From: Obrimoposthia wandeli
Lineage: Eukaryota
Direction: 5' to 3'
Assembly: GCA_977020255.1 (NCBI GenBank)
Contig: CDROCS010000253.1
Location: 1,550,001 to 1,614,000 of the forward strand
Length of the DNA: 64,000 nt
A program made the position numbers and the translations under genes. Positions 31,351 through 41,084 of the stretch are shown here, piece by piece. The notes beneath the pieces are model-generated. The model worked only from the letters and a program-made list of their open reading frames with translations. It was not told where the DNA came from and made no database searches. Position 1 is the stretch's first letter, and each line of letters begins with the position of its first letter.

Positions 31351-31542
31351 AATAAATAAGACCACTTGCTATCAATTCTCATCGACTTGCTTGTTATTGC
31401 AAGTGGGTTAACTCAAAGCAATACTTTTCAGTGTTAAGTACTTTTATCTCTTTATTTTTATAGTGAATTTACCGTATGCCCGTTACCAGTCAAAGTGCAT
31501 TTTGAAATATGCCGATTTATTGGTAACAGGGCTATGGTAAAA

Positions 31543-32649
31543 CTATAAATCTGCCAGCGGGTTTTGTTGCCAAGGAGCTTCAAAAAATGGCGCTATCACT
31601 TCAATTGTAACATCGCTTAATTGCTTATATTGCCAATCAGGTTTTTGGTCTTTATCAATGAGTAAAGCCCGCACGCCCTCAGCAAATTCAGTGTGACGAA
31701 TAATCGTGGTTGCTAGTAATATTTCTTTTTCAAAAACAGTTTTTAAGCCTAGTCCCTTACAGAGTTCTAGTTGGTGAAATATCCATTTCACTGCCAAAGG
31801 TGAGCCGCTGGCTAAGCCATTTTTTGCACGCTGAAGCCATTTGTCATCAGTGTCGAGTGCTGAAATTTTAACTGCGATTTCTTCTACATCATCACCCCGG
31901 CATAACTCATTAATTATCGTCTGATGAGTTGCTAAGTTTCCTGCCGGAAACTCGGCAATACACTGACGCTGATGATCACTGAAAATGTGCTCTAATTTGT
32001 TGCCTATTTCAATTGAAGGACAATCTAATGAGAGCAACTCATCGATAACGGTTTTCTTGTTTGCATGAGTAATGGTGTAGTTAGCAATACCCGCATAAAG
32101 ACCGTCAGCAGCATTGATGGAGGAACTTGTTAATGCCAAAAAGCGGCCACAATAACCTGGCATTGTATTTAAAAAGTAACTACCACCGACATCAGGAAAT
32201 AATGCAATGGTTACTTCTGGCATAGCAATACGTGTTCTTTCGGTGGCAATACGATAAGAGCAGCCAGAAAAAACACCAAGGCCACCACCCATCACAATAC
32301 CATGCCCCCAAGCTATGGTGGGTTTAGGGTAATTATGCAGTAAATAATCTAGGCGATATTCACGCTCAAAAAATGTTTCTGCATACTCACATGGGCCACC
32401 AGGCTGTTCAATTGATGACTTGTACAAGGCTTGTACATCACCACCCGCACAGAATGCTTTTTCACCCGCACCTTGAATAAACACAGCAGCAATTTTATCG
32501 TTGTTTTGCCATTGCTGTAATTGATCTAACATCAGATCAATCATTTCTAGCGTTAAGGCATTTAACGTTTTTTCACTGTTTAACGTTAATAAGCCAATAG
32601 ATTGGCCATTTTTAATCGCTAATTCTTCAACTATTACAGGGCTTGTCAT
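31543..32649 (-). CDS. 3-hydroxyisobutyryl-CoA hydrolase-like crotonase
   Basis: FCAGGDV, GIVMGGGLG, MPEVTIALFPDVG and FAEGVRALLIDKD motifs. Confidence 0.85.
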   Translation of the reverse strand: MTSPVIVEELAIKNGQSIGLLTLNSEKTLNALTLEMIDLMLDQLQQWQNNDKIAAVFIQGAGEKAFCAGGDVQALYKSSIEQPGGPCEYAETFFEREYRLDYLLHNYPKPTIAWGHGIVMGGGLGVFSGCSYRIATERTRIAMPEVTIALFPDVGGSYFLNTMPGYCGRFLALTSSSINAADGLYAGIANYTITHANKKTVIDELLSLDCPSIEIGNKLEHIFSDHQRQCIAEFPAGNLATHQTIINELCRGDDVEEIAVKISALDTDDKWLQRAKNGLASGSPLAVKWIFHQLELCKGLGLKTVFEKEILLATTIIRHTEFAEGVRALLIDKDQKPDWQYKQLSDVTIEVIAPFFEAPWQQNPLADL

Positions 32650-33437
32650 TAGTTATTCTTCCACTGAGGTTTACGTTTTTCAACAAAGGCACTAACACCT
32701 TCTTTTTGATCTTCGGTATCCCATAACTTTACAAAAAGTTCACGTTCTTTAGCGTAAGCAGAATTTATGTCACCATTACGGGCTTCCATAATTAACGACT
32801 TACAAAAAGCAACGGAGGTGGGTGATTGACTTTCGACTTTTGCTGCCAATTCTAAAGCGCGCGCTAATACAGTACCGGTTGCAGCCACTTCAGACACTAG
32901 CCCTATTTTTTCAGCTTGTGGCGCTTTGATACGCTCACCTAATAAAATCATACGCTTAGCCCAGCCTTCACCTATTAACCATGACAATTGTTGCGAGCCT
33001 AAACCACAAGGTAATAAACCAACAGAAGCTTCAGGTAATGCCATTTGTGCATGCTCTTCACATATTCGAACATCGCAAGACAAAGCGACTTCTAAACCAC
33101 CGCCCATAGCAAAACCCGTGATAGCGGCAATGGAAACCCCTTGATAGTTGGCTAGTGCTTCAAACGCCCCACCAAAAGCGGCTGAGAACTCAAAGGATAG
33201 GCCTTTGTCATCATGGTTGAATCGATTTAAATCTGCGCCAGCACTAAAGAATTTTTCACTGTCACTGGTTAAAATAAGCGAGTAGTTATCTTTGTCTGCA
33301 TTGAGTTCACCCACTAACTGTTTTAAATAATTTAAGCTCTCAGGTGTCCAAGTATTTGCCGGCGGGTTGTTAAAAGTCACAATAGCGACATGGCCGCGTT
33401 TTTCTACCTTTAATAAATCACTCATCGATAACTCCAA
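32649..33437 (-). CDS. enoyl-CoA hydratase
   Basis: FSAGADL, AMGGGLEVAL and PEASVGLLP crotonase motifs. Confidence 0.9.
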   Translation of the reverse strand: MELSMSDLLKVEKRGHVAIVTFNNPPANTWTPESLNYLKQLVGELNADKDNYSLILTSDSEKFFSAGADLNRFNHDDKGLSFEFSAAFGGAFEALANYQGVSIAAITGFAMGGGLEVALSCDVRICEEHAQMALPEASVGLLPCGLGSQQLSWLIGEGWAKRMILLGERIKAPQAEKIGLVSEVAATGTVLARALELAAKVESQSPTSVAFCKSLIMEARNGDINSAYAKERELFVKLWDTEDQKEGVSAFVEKRKPQWKNN

Positions 33438-33479
33438 AACATTGTTTAAAAATAGGGTTTAAAAAATTCTCATGCTGCA

Positions 33480-34646
33480 CTAACGAATAATGTCAGTGGC
33501 ACCTTCTTCTAATATACGTCGAGCGGTAATCACCCGCATAATTTCATTAGTCCCTTCAAGGATTTGATGGACACGCGAATCGCGCATATATCGCTCGATA
33601 GGGTACTCTTTGATATATCCGTAACCGCCGTGTAATTGCAGAGCATCATTACACACATTAAAACCAACATCGGTGGCAAAACGTTTTGCCATGGCACAAT
33701 AGGTTGACTTATCTGGGTCATTTATATCTATTTTACTCGCCGCTAATCGAATCATTTGTCGTGCAGCCACTAGTTCTGTCACCATATCAGCCAATTTAAA
33801 CTGCAAAGCTTGAAAGGCAGCCAGTGGCTTACCAAATTGTTTACGCTCTTGCATATAAGCCTGCGACAAATCAATACATGCTTGCGCGGCACCAATTGAA
33901 CAACTAGCGATATTAATTCGACCACCGTCTAAGCCTTTCATGGCAATTTTAAAACCTTCACCTTCAGCGCCTAAGAGACAATCTGCCGGCAGCTTAGCAT
34001 TCTCAAAACTAATAGCGCGAGTTGGTTGAGAATTCCAACCCATTTTGTCTTCATTTTTGCCATAACTAACGCCAGCAAGATCAGCAGGTACTGCAAAAGC
34101 TGAAATACCTTTAGCACCGTCAGCTTGTGAACCAGTACGTGCCATTACGACCAGTACATCCGTTTCGCCGGCACCACTAATAAACATTTTACTGCCGTTA
34201 AGCAGATAATAATCACCGTCTTTTTTAGCCGTAGTACGCAACGATGCTGCGTCACTGCCAGCGCCAGGCTCGGTTAAACAATATGAGGCGAGTTTTTGAC
34301 CTATCACCAAATTATCACACCATTGCTGTTTAGTTGATTCAGTACCCCAAGTGGATATCATCCAACTGGCCATGTTATGAATAGAAATAAAGGCTGCCGT
34401 TGAGGTACAACCTACGGCTAATTCTTCAAGAATGATGGAGGTATCTAAACGTGGTAAATTCATACCACCCACGTCTTCTGGGCAGTACATACCCATAAAG
34501 CCTAATTCACCGGCTTTTTTAAACATGGCTTTGGGGAATATTTTCTTCTCATCCCATTCACTCGCAAACGGTTTCATTTCTCCCGCGGCAAAGCTTCGAG
34601 CAGCATCTTGAAAGGCTAATTGATCTTCGTTCAGTAAAAAATTCAT
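33480..34646 (-). CDS. acyl-CoA dehydrogenase (isobutyryl-CoA type)
   Basis: YCLTEPGAGSDA, GSKMFISG, RKQFG, LHGGYGY and ILEGTNEIMR motifs. Confidence 0.9.
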   Translation of the reverse strand: MNFLLNEDQLAFQDAARSFAAGEMKPFASEWDEKKIFPKAMFKKAGELGFMGMYCPEDVGGMNLPRLDTSIILEELAVGCTSTAAFISIHNMASWMISTWGTESTKQQWCDNLVIGQKLASYCLTEPGAGSDAASLRTTAKKDGDYYLLNGSKMFISGAGETDVLVVMARTGSQADGAKGISAFAVPADLAGVSYGKNEDKMGWNSQPTRAISFENAKLPADCLLGAEGEGFKIAMKGLDGGRINIASCSIGAAQACIDLSQAYMQERKQFGKPLAAFQALQFKLADMVTELVAARQMIRLAASKIDINDPDKSTYCAMAKRFATDVGFNVCNDALQLHGGYGYIKEYPIERYMRDSRVHQILEGTNEIMRVITARRILEEGATDIIR

Positions 34647-34876
34647 AAATGCCCTTAATTCGAGTCATTACCAAGATAACTGGTATGGCCTGATTGTATT
34701 ATTTTTATATTTTAATGAAACAATAACATGAACTTTATTGCTTTGATAAAACTACTATGACTATATAAACACATTGAAATAGGGGCGTGAATTAACTATA
34801 TTATTCTTTTGATGGACTATATTGCTGCCTAATACCCCCTTTTTTTATCAATGAACTTTAAAGTGAGAACTGATAG

Positions 34877-35749
34877 ATGAGTACACCTTCACGTTGGCCC
34901 CTTTCCACAGATGGTATTCGTTTTATAACACCACATGTGCTGGTGAAACGTTTGCAAACTGAGCCCTTGGCTCAAGGGCTTTTTGTTACCGCAATGGGCT
35001 ACTACCCCAGTGCCAGTGGCCATGCTATGGATCGTAAAGGTCATCCCGATCATATTCTCATTTACTGTACGGCGGGCGGTGGCTCTCTGACGATGACAGG
35101 CAAAACAACAGCCATTAATAGTGGTGATATTTTTTATTTACCGGCAGGGTCAAGGCACAGCTATCAAGCGAGTAAAGAGTCGCCTTGGACTTTATATTGG
35201 CTTCATTTCGATGGCACGTTAGCAAACGATTTTTGTAGGCACATTAATATTGTTGAACGTAAGTTTACTCTCGGTGTACAACCAAGAGTTATTCGTGTCT
35301 TTGATGGCATCGCACAACTTCGTCACAGTAGTCATAATTTGGCTGAATTTATTCAAGGCGGTCATCAGGTTCAAGCGTTGTTAAGTTATATCGCCTTATT
35401 AGTGCAACAGCGGCAACCCAGTGCGATAAATACTTTTGATACTGAGAATATACGCGCCTTGATGCAAGAACATATTCATAACAAGCTTGATCTAGACTCG
35501 TTAGCTGAAGCCGCCAAGTTATCTAAATATCATTTTTCAAAGAAATTCAAACAAGTAACGGGAGAGTCACCCATTAGCTATTTCATTAATATGAAAATGC
35601 AACGCGCCTGTTATTTGTTAGACAGCACACCACGGTCTGTTAAACATGTGGCGGCAGAATTGGGTTATCACGATACTTATTATTTTTCACGCTTGTTTAA
35701 AAAAAATATAGGCATGGCGCCCGCTATTTATCGTAAGGCTAAACTTTAG
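34877..35749 (+). CDS. AraC-family regulator (MmsR-like)
   Basis: Cupin AraC-binding domain (PWTLYWLHFDG) plus double HTH (YYFSRLFKK); divergent from the acyl-CoA genes. Confidence 0.85.
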   Translation: MSTPSRWPLSTDGIRFITPHVLVKRLQTEPLAQGLFVTAMGYYPSASGHAMDRKGHPDHILIYCTAGGGSLTMTGKTTAINSGDIFYLPAGSRHSYQASKESPWTLYWLHFDGTLANDFCRHINIVERKFTLGVQPRVIRVFDGIAQLRHSSHNLAEFIQGGHQVQALLSYIALLVQQRQPSAINTFDTENIRALMQEHIHNKLDLDSLAEAAKLSKYHFSKKFKQVTGESPISYFINMKMQRACYLLDSTPRSVKHVAAELGYHDTYYFSRLFKKNIGMAPAIYRKAKL

Positions 35750-35983
35750 CTTTTAAAAGGTGGGGAAGGTATGTCATTGTACGAAAATTACCAAGAGTAC
35801 GATAACAGCATAAAACGATTGAATTGAAATATAGGAGATACTAGTACTGCGGTTTTGCTATTTTTATTCTCATTTTAATTGTAGGTCTAGCAGGACAAGT
35901 TTGCTTGTTCAAAAATAAAAAGTGGTTTTTATTGTTAAATTTTCAGTAGCGTAGCTAGTGTGTATAACACATTTTTAGTTCCG

Positions 35984-36907
35984 TTAACTGGATTGGGATA
36001 GATAAACTTCGGTTCTGTTTCTACCTCGTTCTTTTGCTTTGTATACGGCACTATCGGCTTGAGCATAGAAATCGGTAAATGCAATTTTATCATCACAAAC
36101 ACTTGCACCAATGCTAACCGTTAGAGGACTATTATCAACCTTAATGTTAGCGATTAATTCATGTAATCGTCGACAAAATAACAAGGTATCAGTTTTGTCG
36201 GTGTCAGGTAGCATGATCAAAAACTCCTCTCCACCAATACGTGCAACAAGATCTGTTTTTCGACAAAAATCGTTCAACTGCTGTCCTAGTTCTTTTAATA
36301 CTCTGTCACCTTCTAAATGCCCATAAGTGTCATTTATTTTCTTAAAGTAATCAATATCAAGCATCAATAAACCTACCGATTGATGAGATCTCGCGGCCTG
36401 TTCCAGTGCTAAAGCGCTTCGATATTTCATTTCTCTTCTATTTAATAAGCCCGTTAATTCATCAGTTGAAGCAAGTAATTTCAATTGTTCAGCCTGCTTT
36501 TCAAGTGCTTCACGGGTTTTTATTAACTCTTCATAAAGTTGATCCCGTTTAGAAGCATTAAAAAAGCTCCAATAAATACAGTCATCATCGTCAATGCGAG
36601 CATTAACGGTGATGGGAATACGAACCCCTTGCGCATTAAAGATGATAAGTTGCATTTCTTCACACGTTTTTTCATGTACAAGTGTAGGAATCAAATAACT
36701 CTGAAAGAAAATTTTCGAAGATTTGGTAAAAATAACATCGGTATTTTTACCAATAAGTTCCCCGGGTTTCCATAATAGTTCAGTAGTGAAATATGAATTA
36801 GCATAGATAATAGTTCTAGAAGAGTCAGTCACTAAAGCACCACAGGCAAAATTATCCGCAGAGTAGTCAAATACTTTATTGCTCTCAGGTTTATTTTTAT
36901 TCACCAT
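35984..36907 (-). CDS. PAS-GGDEF diguanylate cyclase
   Basis: N-terminal PAS, coiled coil, DELTGLLNRR, DIDYFKKIND, RKTD I-site, GGEEF. Confidence 0.9.
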   Translation of the reverse strand: MVNKNKPESNKVFDYSADNFACGALVTDSSRTIIYANSYFTTELLWKPGELIGKNTDVIFTKSSKIFFQSYLIPTLVHEKTCEEMQLIIFNAQGVRIPITVNARIDDDDCIYWSFFNASKRDQLYEELIKTREALEKQAEQLKLLASTDELTGLLNRREMKYRSALALEQAARSHQSVGLLMLDIDYFKKINDTYGHLEGDRVLKELGQQLNDFCRKTDLVARIGGEEFLIMLPDTDKTDTLLFCRRLHELIANIKVDNSPLTVSIGASVCDDKIAFTDFYAQADSAVYKAKERGRNRTEVYLSQSS

Positions 36908-36909
36908 TC

Positions 36910-37716
36910 TTATTTCGCATAGTCTACTATGGAATTTACGATAGCGTCAGGGTGAGTCATATGAAGACAATGGCCATCGGCTGTTATGATTTTAAGTTCA
37001 CTATGTGTTATTTCACTCGCGATAAACTCGCCTACTGATGTTGCAGCCAAGGCATCATTTTCACTTTGAAAAATTAATGAGGGTTGCTTAATTTCTTTTA
37101 GAATAGCGCGATAATCAGATAAAAAAGTAGCTTCAGCAAAGTTTTTAGCGATAACGGGATCAGTTGAGCAAAAGCTGCCTGATAACTCACCAATAAGATC
37201 ATCAGCGTTAGTGCTGCCCATCACTAGTGGTGCTAAATAATTAGCCCAACCAATATAGTTTTTATCCATAAGGTTTAATAGTTCTAGTAAATCTTCTTTT
37301 TCAAAGCCGCCAAAGTACTCTGGTGGAAAGTTTAAGAAACAGGGAGAAGGACACACCATAATTAATTTAGAGAACAACTCTGGTTTTTTATTGGCGGCAA
37401 TAGCACCAATAATACTACTGACTGAATGCCCTACAAAAACCGCTTCAGATAAATCTAGCGCTTGGCATATTTCAATAATATCTTCAGCATAACCTTCTAA
37501 TTGGCTATAACGCTTCTTATCATACTGAGAAATATCAGAGGCGCCTGAGCCAACATAATCAAAGAGTACAATAGTAAAGTGCTTTGCTAATTCCGGTGTT
37601 AAAAAGCGCCACATGTTTTGATCACAGCCAAACCCATGAGCAAGAAATAAGGTTTTATTACCTTTTCCAATTAATTTAACATTATTTCTTAGTAGTACAT
37701 CATTTGAATTTAACAT
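36910..37716 (-). CDS. RsbQ/KAI2-like alpha/beta hydrolase
   Basis: AHGFGCDQNMW, FDYVGSG, GHSVS nucleophile elbow, GHCLHMTHP. Confidence 0.88.
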   Translation of the reverse strand: MLNSNDVLLRNNVKLIGKGNKTLFLAHGFGCDQNMWRFLTPELAKHFTIVLFDYVGSGASDISQYDKKRYSQLEGYAEDIIEICQALDLSEAVFVGHSVSSIIGAIAANKKPELFSKLIMVCPSPCFLNFPPEYFGGFEKEDLLELLNLMDKNYIGWANYLAPLVMGSTNADDLIGELSGSFCSTDPVIAKNFAEATFLSDYRAILKEIKQPSLIFQSENDALAATSVGEFIASEITHSELKIITADGHCLHMTHPDAIVNSIVDYAK

Positions 37717-37768
37717 GTAATTTATTCCTTTTTCTCGTGTGTGCTACGCACTGATTACTTGGGTGTTA

Positions 37769-38638
37769 TTAAGTTAACTTATACATTTTTGATAATTCAA
37801 GCATTGGAAATAAGTGAAGAGCGTCCTCAATAATAGCTACTTTTTGGCTTTTAGCTAAATAAGCGGCAAAGATCTCTCTTGAGTATACTGGCGCTTTCTC
37901 AACAACATATAATTTATTACTTTCAATATACTCAAAAGTCATTTGTATTGGAAGATATGCACTACCGCCAGCATCTAATAAAAAATTTAACGCGATTCTA
38001 GGTTGACTCATATAGTGCTTTGCAGGTGGCGCATATTGAAATTCTCGTAAGTGCTGCGCATTAACGGCGTCACCATAATCGACCATAATATGATTATCTA
38101 ATGAAAATGTTTCTGTAATATCATCTGGCTCTGTTGTGACTAAATGTAAAGGAACGGTAGCAACTTTTTCAGTAATCAAATCTTCTACATAAGGAGGTTC
38201 GAATAAAAAGGCGATATCTATGACACGTGTTAATAGACTTTTTCTTAATTCTACTTGGGAATATGTATTGGTGAGTAAATTCACATCATCAAGATTACGG
38301 TGAATTTTTTTAAGCCAATCTTGTAAAACAATATCCCATATGGACATCATTGAACCAATGACCAATTGTTGTGAACTACTATCAGCAATGCCAACATCTT
38401 GTTTTGTTTTTTGCCACATAAATAGCAGCTCGTTGGCATGTTTTATTAACCTATTACCTTCAGGTGTAAGCTTTAAATGCTTTTGGCTGCGGTCAAATAA
38501 GAACACACCTAAATCAGCTTCTAATAACTTAATTCTTGCACTTACCGCCGATTGGGTAATAAATAGATTCTCAGAAGCTATTCTAAAATGTAATGTTCGA
38601 CTTACTTCAAGAAACGTTTTTAATAGTTCAATTTTCAT
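37769..38638 (-). CDS. LysR-family regulator (HdfR-like)
   Basis: ELLKTFLEVSRTLHF..ITQSAVSARIK closely resembles the HdfR N-terminus. Confidence 0.85.
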   Translation of the reverse strand: MKIELLKTFLEVSRTLHFRIASENLFITQSAVSARIKLLEADLGVFLFDRSQKHLKLTPEGNRLIKHANELLFMWQKTKQDVGIADSSSQQLVIGSMMSIWDIVLQDWLKKIHRNLDDVNLLTNTYSQVELRKSLLTRVIDIAFLFEPPYVEDLITEKVATVPLHLVTTEPDDITETFSLDNHIMVDYGDAVNAQHLREFQYAPPAKHYMSQPRIALNFLLDAGGSAYLPIQMTFEYIESNKLYVVEKAPVYSREIFAAYLAKSQKVAIIEDALHLFPMLELSKMYKLT

Positions 38639-38785
38639 ATAGGCCTTTTGGAATCAGAATAATCATTTTTTTTGATTGAATCCATCGAAATATAGCGTTT
38701 TATTATTTGATAAACTGACTATACACTCCATTTTAATTATTACATCACTTTTTGATAACTAAATAAAAAGGTTAATAAAAAAATT

Positions 38786-38940
38786 ATGAAAATTGCTATT
38801 TTATCTAGAAACAAAAACCTTTACTCTACTCGCCGTCCAAAAGAAGCAGCTGAAAGATGATGGTGACGTGGCAGATCAGATAGAAGATGTGTAGGAACAA
38901 TTATTATTTGAACATAATCATGATTCGATAACTAGGAAGA
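38786..38940 (+). pseudogene. rimK: rimK N-terminal stub fused to an unrelated coding remnant
   Basis: Not in ORF track. ATG 38786 reads MKIAILSRNKNLYSTRRPKEAAER* (RimK N-terminus), with the stop at 38858-38860. Another frame continues DDGDVADQIEDV*EQLL up to the next gene. Confidence 0.75.
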
Positions 38941-38943
38941 GTA

Positions 38944-39378
38944 ATGAGTAAAATAAACAAAACAATTATCGGGCGTTTAGAGTCGATTGCATTGCCAGAG
39001 CTTGCCATTGATGATTTACAGGTTCGCGTAGACACAGGTGCAAAAACATCGTCTTTGCATGTTGATAATATTAAAAAGTCTATAATCAATGGTGTACACA
39101 GTGTGACATTTGATATTCACCCTGATGTGCATAATGTTGAAGCTATGGTGCAGTGTACCGCGCCCATTAGTGATATGCGCAAAGTAAAGTCTTCAAATGG
39201 TACTACTGAGCAACGATATGTTATTCAAACACCAGTCGTACTTGGTAATGAAGAGTGGTCTATTGAAATTACATTAGCAGACCGGTCTGATATGAGCTAC
39301 TTAATGTTGTTTGGGCGTGAAGCTATAGGCAGTCGGTTTTTAGTTGACCCATCCAAAGTTTTTTTAGGTTCAAAATAA
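38944..39378 (+). CDS. RimK-associated retropepsin-like protease (DUF785 / 'ATP-dependent zinc protease' family)
   Basis: RVDTGAKTSSLH, VKSSNG..EQRY and ITLADRSDMSYLMLFGR motifs. Confidence 0.88.
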   Translation: MSKINKTIIGRLESIALPELAIDDLQVRVDTGAKTSSLHVDNIKKSIINGVHSVTFDIHPDVHNVEAMVQCTAPISDMRKVKSSNGTTEQRYVIQTPVVLGNEEWSIEITLADRSDMSYLMLFGREAIGSRFLVDPSKVFLGSK

Positions 39379-39398
39379 AAGTTAATTAAGGTTTATCT

Positions 39399-40268
39399 AT
39401 GGATTTAGCACAAATCAAAGCAATTTTATCTTCGACAGTTATTACCATTTCTGAACAGCCAGTTACGTTAGGGGGATTACTGCTAATTCCCATTATTATT
39501 TATGTTGGGTTATTCTTAACTAAGTGGATAGTCAAATTCATCACTAATCGTTTAACAACAAAAAAAACAGATCCTAATATCATTCATTTATTACAACGTG
39601 TTTTTTATGTGATCGCAATTGCCATATTGTTGATCACCACGTTAGATTTAATTAATGTTCCTATCACCGCTTTTGCTTTTCTATCTGGTGCTATTGCTAT
39701 CGGTTTTGGCTTTGGCGCTCAAAATATTATTAATAACTTTATTAGTGGTTGGATTTTAATGTGGGAACGCCCTATCCGGATAGGGGACTTTTTAGAAGTT
39801 GAAGATGCTAAAGGTATTGTTGAAGAAATAAATACGCGGTCAACACGAATACGACGAGTAGACGGTGTTCACTTATTAATTCCTAATAGCAAGCTACTTG
39901 AAAATACTGTCGTTAATTGGACGCTTGTTGATAGTTTAGTAAGAACATCCGTTAAAGTTGGCGTGGCTTATGGATCTCCTGCTAAAAAAGTAGCAACACT
40001 AATAATGCAAGCAGCAGAAGAGCAGGTTGAGGTTTTAAAAGAGCCTAAACCACTTGTGACTTTTGAGGACTTTGGTGATAATTCTTTACTTTTTGAAGTG
40101 ACGTATTGGATAAAATCTAATGTTGAAGGGGGTCTACGAGTAACCAGAAGTAATATTAGATTTAGATTAGATGAGCTATTTGAAGAACACCATATTGTAG
40201 TTGCTTTCCCACAAAGAGATGTGCACCTCGATGGTTCAATAACTCTACTGAATAAAGAGAGTAAATAA
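39399..40268 (+). CDS. small-conductance mechanosensitive channel family protein
   Basis: GAIAIGFGFGAQNIINNFISG, RPIRIGD and VGVAYGS MscS motifs. Confidence 0.9.
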   Translation: MDLAQIKAILSSTVITISEQPVTLGGLLLIPIIIYVGLFLTKWIVKFITNRLTTKKTDPNIIHLLQRVFYVIAIAILLITTLDLINVPITAFAFLSGAIAIGFGFGAQNIINNFISGWILMWERPIRIGDFLEVEDAKGIVEEINTRSTRIRRVDGVHLLIPNSKLLENTVVNWTLVDSLVRTSVKVGVAYGSPAKKVATLIMQAAEEQVEVLKEPKPLVTFEDFGDNSLLFEVTYWIKSNVEGGLRVTRSNIRFRLDELFEEHHIVVAFPQRDVHLDGSITLLNKESK

Positions 40269-40454
40269 TTAGCTGTCGATTTATTGGGTACTCAGATGGG
40301 GCAATATTATTACAGTATCTTTACATTAAAAAGCGTCAATAAAGGCGCTTCTTTGTTGTTGTCAGCTATTAGCGCGGTTAAAGGTAGTTTTGAAGTGGGT
40401 GATGCTATTATTAATACAATAACTCAACAGATTGTCGTTAAAGGATTTAAATGA
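40269..40454 (+). pseudogene. possible glutamate 5-kinase (ProB) PUA-domain remnant
   Basis: Start-less frame after the mscS stop: ...NKGASLLLSAISAVKGSFEVGDAII...IVVKG*, aligned by eye to ProB PUA [22 protein letters not shown]...IAHG. Confidence 0.5.
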
Positions 40455-40473
40455 GAAAAAAAAACGTGAGTTT

Positions 40474-41079
40474 TTAGGTTTTTGAAAAAACCAATAGGCG
40501 ATTGTTGGCCGGCATAACATGATCGTCAATTAAATTAAGCCCCGCCGCATTAGCCAATAATAAAATAGCTTCTATATCGCGAATACCACTATTTATGTCT
40601 CGGTCTTTAAGCCATAGATCAAAGTTAGCGTTGCTTTCACTGCTGAATTTCCCTTGATAATTGAAGGGGCCATAGATACAAATATTAGCTCCAGAGGTTA
40701 AATTTTTTGCAAGATCTTCAAAAAAATTAACGACTAATGACCAACTTATTATATGTAGGGTATTGGCAGTATATAACCCATCAACTGGCTGATTATTGTT
40801 AGACACCGGCCATGTTTTATTTAAATCAACAATAATAGGTCTTTGCACATTAATGCAAGCTGTTTCATCTAACCAGGCGTTGATGCCTTGATGGTTTATT
40901 GCCAAATCACTGGTTTGCCAAGTTAAGTGGGGTAAATTCTGGCCAAAAAAAGCAGCATGTTGTCCCGTTCCTGAGCCAATTTCTAAAACATGTTTAGTGT
41001 TTGAAAATACTTTTGTCAAAATATTTAAAATTGGTCGTTTATTATTTTCACATGCTTGGGAAAAAGGTTTATTCATCAT
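40474..41079 (-). CDS. DUF938 family SAM-dependent methyltransferase
   Basis: FSQACENNK, VLEIGSGTGQH, IYGPF and MPANN motifs. The probable start is ATG 41079; the ORF track's 41163 overlaps the upstream gene. Confidence 0.88.
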   Translation of the reverse strand: MMNKPFSQACENNKRPILNILTKVFSNTKHVLEIGSGTGQHAAFFGQNLPHLTWQTSDLAINHQGINAWLDETACINVQRPIIVDLNKTWPVSNNNQPVDGLYTANTLHIISWSLVVNFFEDLAKNLTSGANICIYGPFNYQGKFSSESNANFDLWLKDRDINSGIRDIEAILLLANAAGLNLIDDHVMPANNRLLVFSKT

Positions 41080-41084
41080 ATTTT

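Noticed and set aside
35771-35827. 18-aa ORF MSLYENYQEYDNSIKRLN with a GGAAGG RBS
   Set aside because: No recognisable family; too short to support without conservation data.
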